From: an uncultured Bacilli bacterium
GTDB taxonomy: Bacteria; Bacillota_I; Bacilli_A; RFN20; CAG-826
Reading direction: 5' to 3'
NCBI GenBank assembly: GCA_905235705.1
Contig: CAJOML010000002.1
Coordinates: 3,485 to 67,484, forward strand
DNA: 64,000 nt
Shown in pieces: positions 25,984 through 35,499 of this stretch; the first letter of the stretch is position 1; each line of letters opens with the position of its first letter. The position numbers and the translations under genes were made by a program. The notes under the pieces are model-generated. The model was not told where the DNA came from and did not search any database. It was given only the letters and a program-made list of their open reading frames with translations.

Positions 25984-27822
25984 CTATTCAACGGATTTTA
26001 ATGATGTCGTGGTATCGATTGCCTTGATGCGGTGTCTTAAGAAGAAATCAACAACAACGGCGGAAACGATAACGATAACGGGGGAGGCGACATATGTCCA
26101 CCACTGGATTTGGCTGATCGAACCAAAACCAAGGAAAGTGAATACCCAATCGCAAACATAAAGATCGATTGGCAAAGATATCAATGAGCCCAAGACCGCA
26201 ACAAAGATAATTTCGCGGAAGCAATATAAGTTGCATTCTTTCTCGGAATAACCGAGGACCTTTAATGTGGCGAGTTCACGTTTTCTGTCTTCGATGTTCA
26301 TATTGGCGAGCAAATAAACGACGGCAACCGTCATTGCCGCGGCCAAAATAACGATAACGGTCGAAATAAAGCCCATCGAAGAAGCGACGGTGGCAAAAAG
26401 ATCGTCGTCAAGAAGGCCACTTGAAACATTGAGCAAACCAAAGCCCAAAAAGACCAATAACGTGCTACCGATAACCGATACGAAAGTCAAAAAGAAGTTC
26501 TTCTTTAAGCGGAATAGGTTCCTAAACATGGATTTCACGGAGAAGGAAAGATGGTTCCAGATAAAGCCGACACGTTCTAGCAATATTTTTTTGCCTGCTT
26601 TCGGGGCCGGCTCTTTTAATAGATCGGCCGGCGATTCCCCGAGATAGCGAAGAGCCGTTACTAAAGTAACCAGCAAAGAAACGGCAATTAGGGAGACGGC
26701 GGTAACAATGCCCGCAACGCTTAGAAGGGAAATCGTTACCGGTCCCATCGTAAATACGGCGTTATAGGCTGGATAAATTATCCAAGGCAAAGCGTGGACC
26801 CCGGCAAAATAGCCAATGGCCGCCCCAATAAGAACGGCGGTAAAGGAGAACCATAAATATTTGCCGAGTATCTTTTTCCTTTGGACGCCTTGGCTGACGC
26901 AGGTGGCGATTTGCCCACGTTCATCCTTCATCAAACGATTAATCGTCGTGGAGTTCACCAAAGCGCATAGAAGCAGGAAAAAGAAAGGGATTAAATAAGA
27001 AAGAATGGTCACTTTTTCCTGATAGCTTTTATATAGGATATAGGATTCGTTTTCTTCTAAGGTTAAGATGGCCGCGTCGTTTTCACCGATAATGGCGCGC
27101 ACGTCCGCTTTCTTTTGTTCCATTTCGGTTTTGTATTCGTGCGAAAAATAGGCGTTTGACGTGTTGAAATGAAGATATATCTCATTCTTCCAGTTTTGGA
27201 GGAAGGCAGGCATCGTGGAAGCTTCCACAAAATAGATACCAGACACTATTTTGTTATCGATGTTATTTTCGATGTTAGCTAAGTTCTTTCCATGATGCAG
27301 ATACAGGTTACTTCTAGCGATGCCGGTGACGGTTAATGAACTTGGCCCAAAGAAACTTAGACCAGAGAAATTTAATGTCTCGCCGATGAGAGGTGCTTTC
27401 CTTGTGTTGTTTCCTTCTAAGGCCAATATCTCTCCACGTGATTTTGGATAGGTTCCTTCAAGCAAGGTTGGCTTAGCGGAATTCATCTGCTGGATGTTTA
27501 CAAAGTAAAACCGGTAATATTCGTCGCCTTCCTGAGAGTCTATGCTCATTAATGAATCGCTCGAAACCGCGCCATTAACTGAGGTAATGGATTGGATTTG
27601 ATCGGCGGTGAACCCGGTCGCAGCCTTGCTTTTGACGATTAAATCAGGCACGGGTTCGTTGTAATTAGAGAGGAATGAATTCCCTAAGGAAGGTCCAAGC
27701 GACCCTAGGCCCGCTGTTAGAAAAAGCGAAAGCAGGGTGATAAAAACGCTCCCCAGATAACGCCCTTTTTGGGTGAAGAGGGTGCGCCAAAAGGTTTTCG
27801 TGAAGGTCCAAGATCCTACCAT
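25984..27822 (-). CDS. ABC transporter permease, FtsX/MacB superfamily
   Basis: 612 aa. N-terminal TM, a ~230-aa extracytoplasmic domain, then two FtsX-like TM bundles. Overlaps the upstream ATPase gene by 7 nt. Confidence 0.8.
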   Translation of the reverse strand: MVGSWTFTKTFWRTLFTQKGRYLGSVFITLLSLFLTAGLGSLGPSLGNSFLSNYNEPVPDLIVKSKAATGFTADQIQSITSVNGAVSSDSLMSIDSQEGDEYYRFYFVNIQQMNSAKPTLLEGTYPKSRGEILALEGNNTRKAPLIGETLNFSGLSFFGPSSLTVTGIARSNLYLHHGKNLANIENNIDNKIVSGIYFVEASTMPAFLQNWKNEIYLHFNTSNAYFSHEYKTEMEQKKADVRAIIGENDAAILTLEENESYILYKSYQEKVTILSYLIPFFFLLLCALVNSTTINRLMKDERGQIATCVSQGVQRKKILGKYLWFSFTAVLIGAAIGYFAGVHALPWIIYPAYNAVFTMGPVTISLLSVAGIVTAVSLIAVSLLVTLVTALRYLGESPADLLKEPAPKAGKKILLERVGFIWNHLSFSVKSMFRNLFRLKKNFFLTFVSVIGSTLLVFLGFGLLNVSSGLLDDDLFATVASSMGFISTVIVILAAAMTVAVVYLLANMNIEDRKRELATLKVLGYSEKECNLYCFREIIFVAVLGSLISLPIDLYVCDWVFTFLGFGSISQIQWWTYVASPVIVIVSAVVVDFFLRHRIKAIDTTTSLKSVE

Positions 27823-28520
27823 GAAATATCCTCGATTTTCTTTGGGTTAGCGACTTTCTTATCAGAAGTGATGGTGCCGTTTTTTAAGCGGATGACACGG
27901 TCGCCAAACCGCGATAAAGCGGAATTGTGGGTGACGATGATTACCGTTTTGCCTTCTTCGTGGGCGATTTTTTCAAGTAAACCAAGGATTTCTTTGCCGG
28001 TTTCATAATCTAATGCCCCAGTAGGCTCATCGCAAAGTAAGAAAGCCGGATTTTTGGCAATTGCCCTAGCGATGGAAACGCGTTGCTGTTCGCCTCCGGA
28101 AAGTTGGCTTGGGAAATTCTTTTCCCTTTCGGCAAGTCCAACCGAGGCCAACGTGGCTTTGGGGTCTTTGGCGTCTTTTTTAAGTTCGGTCGCAAGTTCG
28201 ATATTTTCTAATGCCGTAAGATTTGGCATGAGGTTATAGAATTGGAAAACAAATCCGATTTTATCGCGTCTATATTTCGATAATTGGGCTTTGTCATAGT
28301 TGCCGATTTCTTCGCCTTGAATTAGCAAAGACCCATATGTCGGCGAATCCATGCCGCCTAAAATGTTTAACAACGTGGATTTACCTGCTCCTGAAGGCCC
28401 CAAGATGATGGTTAGGGTGCCTTCTTCAACGTTAAAGGAAACATTATCTAAAGCCTTAATTTGGGTTTCGCCCATCTTATAGGTCTTACTTAGATTTCTC
28501 GCTTGCATGATGGTGGCCAT
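27816..28520 (-). CDS. ABC transporter ATP-binding protein (MacB/LolD type)
   Basis: Start at [10 protein letters not shown] (complement of 28518-28520), after GGAGGAAACCT. Walker [10 protein letters not shown], signature LSGGEQQRV, Walker [12 protein letters not shown]. Confidence 0.9.
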   Translation of the reverse strand: MATIMQARNLSKTYKMGETQIKALDNVSFNVEEGTLTIILGPSGAGKSTLLNILGGMDSPTYGSLLIQGEEIGNYDKAQLSKYRRDKIGFVFQFYNLMPNLTALENIELATELKKDAKDPKATLASVGLAEREKNFPSQLSGGEQQRVSIARAIAKNPAFLLCDEPTGALDYETGKEILGLLEKIAHEEGKTVIIVTHNSALSRFGDRVIRLKNGTITSDKKVANPKKIEDISW

Positions 28521-28541
28521 AGGTTTCCTCCGCCGGGGTGA

Positions 28542-28557
28542 GACTTGTAAACAAGTC
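28542..28557. promoter_or_regulatory. 16-bp palindrome in the divergent ABC/GH2 control region (candidate operator)
   Basis: GACTTGT-AA-ACAAGTC with perfect 7-bp arms, centred between the two divergent start codons (28520 and 28588). Confidence 0.35.
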
Positions 28558-28575
28558 AATAACACATATCTATGA

Positions 28576-28581
28576 TACAAT
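28576..28581 (+). promoter_or_regulatory. -10 hexamer close to the start codon (leaderless-type), GH2
   Basis: TACAAT, 6 nt (AACCCC, no SD) before the ATG at 28588. Confidence 0.45.
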
Positions 28582-28587
28582 AACCCC

Positions 28588-30312
28588 ATGAAAACCTTCG
28601 AAGGAAGAAAAATCGATTCATCTTGCCCTTTAAGTGAATATCCAACGCCTCAATTTAAACGGGACAGTTATTTGAGTTTGAATGGGTTTTGGGATTTTGC
28701 TTTGGATAAGAAGCCTTTCGAAGGAACTTTCCGCGAAAAGATTTTGGTTCCTTTTTCGGTTGAGACGCCTCTATCTTCGATTACCCGTCACGTCGAAAAA
28801 GATGATGTCATGACATACCGCCGTTTCTTCTCATTGCCAGAAGGTTTCCGTTCGTATCGGGTCCTCCTCCATTTTGAGGCCATTGATCAAATTGCCGACA
28901 TCTATTTAAACGGGGTTTATATCGCCCATCATGAGGGGGGCTACCTTCCCTTCACGGTTGATTGCTTGGAACTAAAAGACGGAATTAATGAGCTCCGCGT
29001 GCTAGTTAAAGACGATACCGATTCAGATGTGTTTCCTCGCGGCAAACAGATGAATAAAAGGGGCGGGATTTGGTATACCCCGACTTCCGGGATTTGGGGC
29101 AGCGTCTGGCTTGAATCGGTGCCAAATCAAGTGATTCAAAGTTTGCGAATTGAACCTGATTTTGATAATAAAAATGTCAAAATTGCGGCAAAATTCGAAG
29201 GAAAAATGCTAACTTCCCAGGTTATTGTTTCCTTCAATGGAAAAATTGTTGGCGAAGGAGAATTAAACGAAAAGCTCACCTGTGTGATTCCGCTTAAAAA
29301 CCTGGTAAGGCCATGGAGCCCATCGCGACCCGATTTATATGATGTGAGGGTTAGGATTAACGAAGATGAAGTTTCTTCCTATTTTGGGCTTCGCAAGTTT
29401 TCTTCGGTTGAAGTGGATGGGCATCGCGTCTTCGCTTTGAATAATGAGCCCCTATTTTTGAGCGGCGTCTTAGACCAGGGCTATTATCCCGACGGCGGAC
29501 TTACCCCACCTACCGACAAGGCCATGATCGATGATATTGCTTCAATGAAAGAACTTGGCTTTAACTGTCTCCGTAAGCACATCAAGATCGAGCCGATGCG
29601 TTGGTATTACCACTGCGATAAGCTCGGCATGATCGTTATCCAAGATATGGTCAACGGGGGAGGGAAATACAATCCTCTACTGATTATGACCGCACCCTTC
29701 ATTTCGTATCGCTGCAACGATACAAAACAATACCATAAGCTTGGACGCAAGAATCCCGAATCGCGGAAATGTTTTGAAGAAACTCTAGGGAAAACCGTTG
29801 ACCGCCTATTTAATTGCCCGTGCATTGCGATTTGGACCTTGTTCAACGAAGGATGGGGCCAATTTGATGCCGCAAGATTAACGGCCTTGTTAAAAGATTT
29901 AGATCCGACTAGGTTAATCGATTCGACTTCTGGTTGGTTTGACCAAGGGGTTGGCGATTTTGATTCACGTCACGTTTATTTCAGACGTTTTAAACCCAAG
30001 AAAACCGGCGATCGCATCTTGGCTTTGACTGAATTCGGCGGTTATAGCCTCCGCGTTGCTAATCACGTCTATTCAAAATTTAATTTCGGCTATACAAGGG
30101 TTAAAAACCAAGAACGTTTAGCCAAGAAGATTCAAAAACTATATCGTGAGCAAATTATCCCCGCCAAAAAAGGAGGCTTAAGTGTCGCTATCTACACCCA
30201 GCTTAGCGATGTCGAGGATGAGACAAACGGCTTTTTGACCTATGACCGCAAAGTAAGCAAGGTTAAAACCGAGGTCATGAAGAAAATCAACGAGGAGCTT
30301 ATTGGAAAATGA
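28588..30312 (+). CDS. Glycoside hydrolase family 2 enzyme (beta-galactosidase/glucuronidase-like)
   Basis: 574 aa. Sugar-binding domain block IYLNGVYIAHHEGGYLPFTVD. TIM-barrel blocks NCLRKHIKIEP and WTLFNEGWG (acid/base NE), and LTEFGG (nucleophile E). Confidence 0.8.
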   Translation: MKTFEGRKIDSSCPLSEYPTPQFKRDSYLSLNGFWDFALDKKPFEGTFREKILVPFSVETPLSSITRHVEKDDVMTYRRFFSLPEGFRSYRVLLHFEAIDQIADIYLNGVYIAHHEGGYLPFTVDCLELKDGINELRVLVKDDTDSDVFPRGKQMNKRGGIWYTPTSGIWGSVWLESVPNQVIQSLRIEPDFDNKNVKIAAKFEGKMLTSQVIVSFNGKIVGEGELNEKLTCVIPLKNLVRPWSPSRPDLYDVRVRINEDEVSSYFGLRKFSSVEVDGHRVFALNNEPLFLSGVLDQGYYPDGGLTPPTDKAMIDDIASMKELGFNCLRKHIKIEPMRWYYHCDKLGMIVIQDMVNGGGKYNPLLIMTAPFISYRCNDTKQYHKLGRKNPESRKCFEETLGKTVDRLFNCPCIAIWTLFNEGWGQFDAARLTALLKDLDPTRLIDSTSGWFDQGVGDFDSRHVYFRRFKPKKTGDRILALTEFGGYSLRVANHVYSKFNFGYTRVKNQERLAKKIQKLYREQIIPAKKGGLSVAIYTQLSDVEDETNGFLTYDRKVSKVKTEVMKKINEELIGK

Positions 30313-31080
30313 TAAAGGCGGCTTTTTTTGATATTGATAACACTTTATATGATTGGAAGCACAAGCAGTGGGTCCAAAGCGGGCTTGATGCGGTTAAATC
30401 CTTGAAGGAGAAAGGCATAAAGGTTTTCCTCGCCTCGGCTAGGCCACTTCATAGTCAAATTCAGTTTGGGGCGTTTAACCTAGGCATTAAATGGGATGGT
30501 TATATCTCTTCAGCCGGGGCAATCGCCTTCACGAAGGGACGCTATGTCAAAAAGGACCTAATGGATAAAAAGGACGTCTATAAAATCATCGCTCTAGCCA
30601 ATAAATTAGGCTTAACGATGGAGGTTGTGACACCAAAAAGCCGTTATTTAAGTGCCCCTGCCAACCAATATTTGACTTCCTATCATGGGACCTACACCGA
30701 CATTACCCCGCCGGTTCGCCGTTATGACGGGGGTCCTTGCACTGGTGTCTTGCTTTTTTCTCCAGAAGAATCCGATGAGGAGTTCCGCCAAGTCCTTCCT
30801 AACCTCCTTTATTACCGGTTTCATCCTTCTGCCGTCGATGTTACTCCTTGCGAGCATCTTAAAGGTGACGCCATCGCCCATTTTGAGATATTACGGGATA
30901 AACGATGATGAAGCCATTTCCTTTGGGGATGACTTTCAAGACATTTCGATGAAAGACCATTCCCTTTTTGTTGCGATGGGCAATGGCAAAGAAGAAGTCA
31001 AAGATAGTGCCGATTACGTGACTGATCCGATTTGGGAAGACGGCGTGCATAACGCTTTGATACATTTGGAGGTGCTTTAA
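30309..31080 (+). pseudogene. Cof-type (HAD-IIB) sugar phosphatase, disrupted by a +1 nt frameshift in a T4 run
   Basis: Frame 1 (30309-30908) carries FFDIDNTLY (motif I) and ends ...KGDAIAHFEILRDKR*. Frame 2 continues ...ILRYYGINDDEAISFGDDFQDISM...AMGNG (motifs III/IV). Deleting one T of TTTT (30881-30884) restores KGDAIAHLRYYGINDDEAISFGDD. Confidence 0.7.
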
Positions 31081-31081
31081 G

Positions 31082-31975
31082 ATGAAATTTGGAAGATTTC
31101 GCCTTGGTTTGGCTCGTTTGTTCCTCGAAAGATCTCAACGTAAGGGCAGGAAACATCAGCCATCGCTTGCCAAATATCAAAATTTTATGGACGTGAGCCC
31201 AAAAAACGGAGCCAAAGACCATTTTTGTTATGACGTTATTTTGGCTGACAAAGAGAATTCCAAAGGCATTACCTTAATCGATATCCATGGTGGGGCTTAT
31301 GTCACGGCCACAAGAAAGAACAACCATGGTTTCATGGAATATTTCCTCAAGAAAGGCTTTGATACGGTCCTTCTCGACTATCCTTTAAACAATGGAAAAA
31401 GAGGGGTGGATGATCAATTCGCCGCCATCGTAGACGAATTTAACCATCTTGTTCAAAGCATCGAGAAATATGGTCTTAGTAAAAAAGTCTTTGTCACAGG
31501 CGATTCGGCAGGCGGACATTTCGCTTTGCTTCTTGCCGAAGCTATTTGCGATCCTAAATTAGCTAAGACTTTTGGGCTTCATCCAGGCGACCTCCAGATG
31601 TGCGGGGTCTTAGCCAATTGCCCTGTCTATGATTTTGAAAGAATCGGCTATCTCATGCCGATGACAAAGAATGCCCAAAAACGCTTATTCGGTCCCTTAT
31701 ATCTAAATCCCGAGAAGACCGCCTTATATTCCCCCAAAGCAAACCTTGAATCTTTGAATTGCCCTATCTTCCTATCAAGTTGCAAAAGGGATTTTCTCCT
31801 TGGCGAATATCAATCTTTTTGCCAAGATGCCAAAAGCCTTGAAAAGAACTTAACAGTCGTCTTTATCGATGAAGATGATCCAAAAGTAGGGCACGTTCAT
31901 AACATTTTAGATGTAAGCGACCCCTTTGCTATCGAAGTTAATGACGCGATGGTCGCGTTTATGGAAAGAAACTAA
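31082..31975 (+). CDS. Alpha/beta-hydrolase, HSL/esterase-lipase fold-3 type
   Basis: 297 aa. Oxyanion-hole DIHGGAY and nucleophile elbow GDSAGG. The exact start is uncertain. Confidence 0.75.
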   Translation: MKFGRFRLGLARLFLERSQRKGRKHQPSLAKYQNFMDVSPKNGAKDHFCYDVILADKENSKGITLIDIHGGAYVTATRKNNHGFMEYFLKKGFDTVLLDYPLNNGKRGVDDQFAAIVDEFNHLVQSIEKYGLSKKVFVTGDSAGGHFALLLAEAICDPKLAKTFGLHPGDLQMCGVLANCPVYDFERIGYLMPMTKNAQKRLFGPLYLNPEKTALYSPKANLESLNCPIFLSSCKRDFLLGEYQSFCQDAKSLEKNLTVVFIDEDDPKVGHVHNILDVSDPFAIEVNDAMVAFMERN

Positions 31976-33543
31976 CGATATAAATTGAAGCCTCTTGAGG
32001 TCTGGCCTTTATAGTTTGAAGCGTTAATCACCCCACCTAGTTCATTTTCAGCATAGGCAAAGGTGATGTCCACCGGGTAAGATTCATCGACTTCATAGAT
32101 GTCGGTTTTAAAGTTGTTATCGTAGAAGTAGTCATAGACCTTTGCTTCGTTTTGGTGATAGAAGAGGTAATCGATGACGGCGACTGTGTAATATTTATCC
32201 GCGTCCAAAGAGGGATAAGTCGAAGGATCGCCTGTATAAGTTTCGTTATAGTAGGCCTCATTCAGTATATCGCTTCCGCGGCAGGAGGCGATGACGATGC
32301 AATTGGTAAAGGGCATCGCCTTATACATGGCCGAATAAGTAACCTCGCCGGCGGACACGGTAGCCCGTTGTTTGTTCTGCATCGCGAGAACGAGGTCGGG
32401 ATATTTGGTCTTATATTTGCTATATATGGCCTCACAGGCTAAATCCGAAATTTGGTAGGCATCAAGGTTCCCGTTTTGAAGTGTTAACGGAGTTCTATTG
32501 ACCTTATTTAGATATTCGGGTTTTTGCAGGAAATCTTCGCATATCGCAGAGATTTTGGCGGATTCTTGCCAGTTTTTTGAAGCTGAAATGCTCTCTGCTT
32601 TTTTCGTGGTAACCGTTTCTCCGACTTCAAGTTGAAGATGGGACAAGGCTTCCCCGTTGCAATAGGATTGCAGGGCCATGACGTTGAAAATATTTTGGTT
32701 ATTTGCCTTGTGGGTATGGCCGCAGAATATGCCATCAAAATAATCTTTCATTTGCGAAGCGACTGACCACCTAGCGACAGTGGTGGAATCATCGTGAATG
32801 ACTAGAATCGTTACGGCGCATCCTTCCGCCTTTAATTTCTTGGCTTCCTCGACGGCATATTTTTCAGGAGCATCAAAATTGAGACCCTCAACGTGGCGGG
32901 AAGTAATAGAAGTGGTTTGCCCCTCTCCTATCATGCCGACGATGCCGATTTTTAAACCGCTCCTTTCGATAATCGTTGAGGCGTCAAATCTAGGGTCATC
33001 GCCCAAATCGGTGGTTTTATCGACCTTTCTGATGTTGCCTCCAAGAATCGGGAAGTTCGCCGCTTCTTTAATTGTCATCAAACGTTCGAGGTTGTAGTCG
33101 AATTCGTGGTTACCAACGGCCATTGCATCGAAACCAACCGCATTCATCGCCGCGGTGACCAGTAAGCCGTAATTGGCATTGCTTTCAAGCGATCCTTGGA
33201 ACATATCCCCAGCAGACAAAATGACGACATGGTCTGGGTCTTTCGCTTTTAGTTCTTCTAGGTGACCGAAATACTTCTTAATCCCGGATTCGTAATATCT
33301 CCCGTTCATTCCTTCCGTAATCGAGCCGTGGAAATCGTTGACGCAATAGAAGTCGAGCGTCTCCTTTTTTGGCGAAGAAGAGGAAGAAGTGGTCGTCTGA
33401 GTCGAGGAACTGCTTTCTCCTGAAGGAGAAGAGCTAATTTCACTGCTTGAAGAGGCTTCGCTTGAAGGCGAGGAATTTACACCACATCCGGCAAGAGAAA
33501 AAACAATTAAGCAAGAAATTATTAATTTCTTTGAGTTTTTCAT
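31972..33543 (-). CDS. Lipoprotein, bifunctional metallophosphatase/5'-nucleotidase family
   Basis: 523 aa. Signal peptide plus lipobox LAGC and a Ser-rich linker. Calcineurin-like motifs DFHG, GDMFQG, GNHEFD; C-terminal 5'-nucleotidase domain. Confidence 0.8.
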   Translation of the reverse strand: MKNSKKLIISCLIVFSLAGCGVNSSPSSEASSSSEISSSPSGESSSSTQTTTSSSSSPKKETLDFYCVNDFHGSITEGMNGRYYESGIKKYFGHLEELKAKDPDHVVILSAGDMFQGSLESNANYGLLVTAAMNAVGFDAMAVGNHEFDYNLERLMTIKEAANFPILGGNIRKVDKTTDLGDDPRFDASTIIERSGLKIGIVGMIGEGQTTSITSRHVEGLNFDAPEKYAVEEAKKLKAEGCAVTILVIHDDSTTVARWSVASQMKDYFDGIFCGHTHKANNQNIFNVMALQSYCNGEALSHLQLEVGETVTTKKAESISASKNWQESAKISAICEDFLQKPEYLNKVNRTPLTLQNGNLDAYQISDLACEAIYSKYKTKYPDLVLAMQNKQRATVSAGEVTYSAMYKAMPFTNCIVIASCRGSDILNEAYYNETYTGDPSTYPSLDADKYYTVAVIDYLFYHQNEAKVYDYFYDNNFKTDIYEVDESYPVDITFAYAENELGGVINASNYKGQTSRGFNLYR

Positions 33544-33549
33544 GCTTAG

Positions 33550-33558
33550 ACTATACCA
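33550..33558 (-). promoter_or_regulatory. Extended -10 close to the start codon (leaderless-type), 5'-nucleotidase lipoprotein
   Basis: TGgTATAGT on the minus strand, 6 nt (CTAAGC) before the ATG (33543). Confidence 0.45.
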
Positions 33559-33581
33559 TTAGTAAGACTTCGGGAAAAGAA

Positions 33582-34445
33582 ATGATTGATGCTAGCTTAA
33601 CGATTCAAGGTGGAGGAGCCCGCGGCGCATTCGTGGCCGGGGTTTTAGACGTCTTGATGGAAGAGGGCATTTCTTTTGGTGAGGTCTATGGAACTTCGGC
33701 TGGTGCACTAAATGCCGTCAACTATATTTCAGGAGACATTGGCCGTTCCCATTACATCGTCACTAAATTGATGGCGGATCATCGCTTCGTCTCCATTCCT
33801 CGCCTCATTTTCAAAGGAGAGTTGTTTAATTTCGATTATTTGTTTCATGTCGTTCCTAAAACAAAAGCCCCATTCAACGAAAAAGCTTTCTTTGATAGCC
33901 CCGTTCGTTTCTTCGCCACATCGACTTGCTTAGAAGATGGAAGCGCGGCTTATATCGAAAAGACACAAGACAAAGAAAGAACCTATGCATCAATCGCGGC
34001 TAGCTCCTCTTTGCCTTTATATGCAAAGCCCGTTGTTATCGATGGAAAGCATTATCTTGATGGCGGACAAGTCGCCCCGATGCCCTTCCGTAAAGCGCTG
34101 GAGAGCGGACGCAAGAAAATCGTCGTAATCCTCACCCGAGAATATGGCTTCGTCCAACCTGAGCCTAGCCAAAAATCCATCGCTAAGGCAAAGAAGGTCT
34201 TTAAAAAATACCCCGATTACATCAATGCCTTTATCAACGGGTCATCCGTTTATAACCGAGATATGAGGGAAATCGAAAAACTTGAAGGCGAAGGCCGTCT
34301 ATTCGTTATTCGACCTTTGGTCGCCCCCGGGGTTAAAGTGGCCGAACGCAATTACGAAAAGCTCGAAGCCCTCTATTTGGTGGGCAGAGATTGTGCCAAG
34401 GCCCGTCTCCAAGAACTAAAACACTATCTAGAAATCGATGAATAA
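33582..34445 (+). CDS. Patatin-like phospholipase
   Basis: Start at MIDASLTIQGGGARGAF (GGxRG oxyanion motif). GTSAG nucleophile elbow and a DGG catalytic Asp block. Confidence 0.85.
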   Translation: MIDASLTIQGGGARGAFVAGVLDVLMEEGISFGEVYGTSAGALNAVNYISGDIGRSHYIVTKLMADHRFVSIPRLIFKGELFNFDYLFHVVPKTKAPFNEKAFFDSPVRFFATSTCLEDGSAAYIEKTQDKERTYASIAASSSLPLYAKPVVIDGKHYLDGGQVAPMPFRKALESGRKKIVVILTREYGFVQPEPSQKSIAKAKKVFKKYPDYINAFINGSSVYNRDMREIEKLEGEGRLFVIRPLVAPGVKVAERNYEKLEALYLVGRDCAKARLQELKHYLEIDE

Positions 34446-35499
34446 AAACGCCGTCAAACCAAAAGAAAGAAACAAAGGCTTAGTCGATCCAAGCCAAATC
34501 AAGGAGTTCAACGTCTACGTTGAGACCAAACTCCTGGATTTTTTGCTATTCAAATTGCCTTCTACCCCGCGGAAGAATGTGAAGACCATGCTTTCCAAAC
34601 ACTGCGTGGCTGTCAATGGGGTGCCTGTTTCCCAATTTGATTACCCACTTGTCAAAGAAGACGTTGTCACCATTTCTAAAACGCCGATTACCAAGCACGC
34701 CAGGAAAGACCTCCCCATTATTTATGAAGACGAAGATATTATCGCCATGGATAAGCCTTCGGGTCTCCTTTCCGTCGCCACTGACCGCGAAAAAGGCAGG
34801 ACCGCTTATCGCTTGATCTCGGATTATGTGGCGGCGAAGAATCCTAAGAACCGCGTTTATGTGGTTCATCGCCTTGATGAAGACACCTCGGGCATCTTGA
34901 TATTTGCCAAATCGAACAAAGTCCGCGAGGCCCTCCAAAACCATTGGCAAGAAATCGTGAAAGACCGCGGTTATTACGCGATTGTTGAAGGGGAAATGGA
35001 AGAAAAAAGCGCTATTTTGCGGGATTACCTAACGCAAAACGACCTCCATTTGGTCTTTGTGACGAAGAACAAGACAATCGGGAAATTATCGATTACCAAA
35101 TACCAAGAGATAACTTATCGAGCCCCTTATTCGCTACTTGATGTTCACATTGATTCGGGACGTAAAAACCAAATCCGCGTCCAACTTGGGCATCGTGGAC
35201 ATTATGTCATTGGCGATGATAAATATGGCGAACCAGCCAACCCGATCGGGCGCCTTGGTTTACATGCCTACTCATTGATTTTTACCAACCCATTAAATGG
35301 CAAAGAATATCGATTTAATTCACCAATGCCGGATTCGTTCAAACAACTGATGTTTGGCAAGAAGGCCCCTGCAAAGGCCTTGACGAGTGCAGAGAAACAA
35401 AAACGCGACACTTATAGTCAGACCCGCATCAAAAAGGGGCAGGCAAAGAAACCTGATTATTTCGGACAAAGCAAGAAAGGAGGCCGCCATGGACATTAA
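34438..35499 (+). CDS. RluA-family 23S rRNA/tRNA pseudouridine synthase with basic C-terminal tail
   Basis: 353 aa. S4-like N-domain, catalytic HRLDEDTSG motif and GRKNQIRVQL. The Lys-rich tail overlaps the next gene by 11 nt. Confidence 0.85.
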   Translation: MNKNAVKPKERNKGLVDPSQIKEFNVYVETKLLDFLLFKLPSTPRKNVKTMLSKHCVAVNGVPVSQFDYPLVKEDVVTISKTPITKHARKDLPIIYEDEDIIAMDKPSGLLSVATDREKGRTAYRLISDYVAAKNPKNRVYVVHRLDEDTSGILIFAKSNKVREALQNHWQEIVKDRGYYAIVEGEMEEKSAILRDYLTQNDLHLVFVTKNKTIGKLSITKYQEITYRAPYSLLDVHIDSGRKNQIRVQLGHRGHYVIGDDKYGEPANPIGRLGLHAYSLIFTNPLNGKEYRFNSPMPDSFKQLMFGKKAPAKALTSAEKQKRDTYSQTRIKKGQAKKPDYFGQSKKGGRHGH

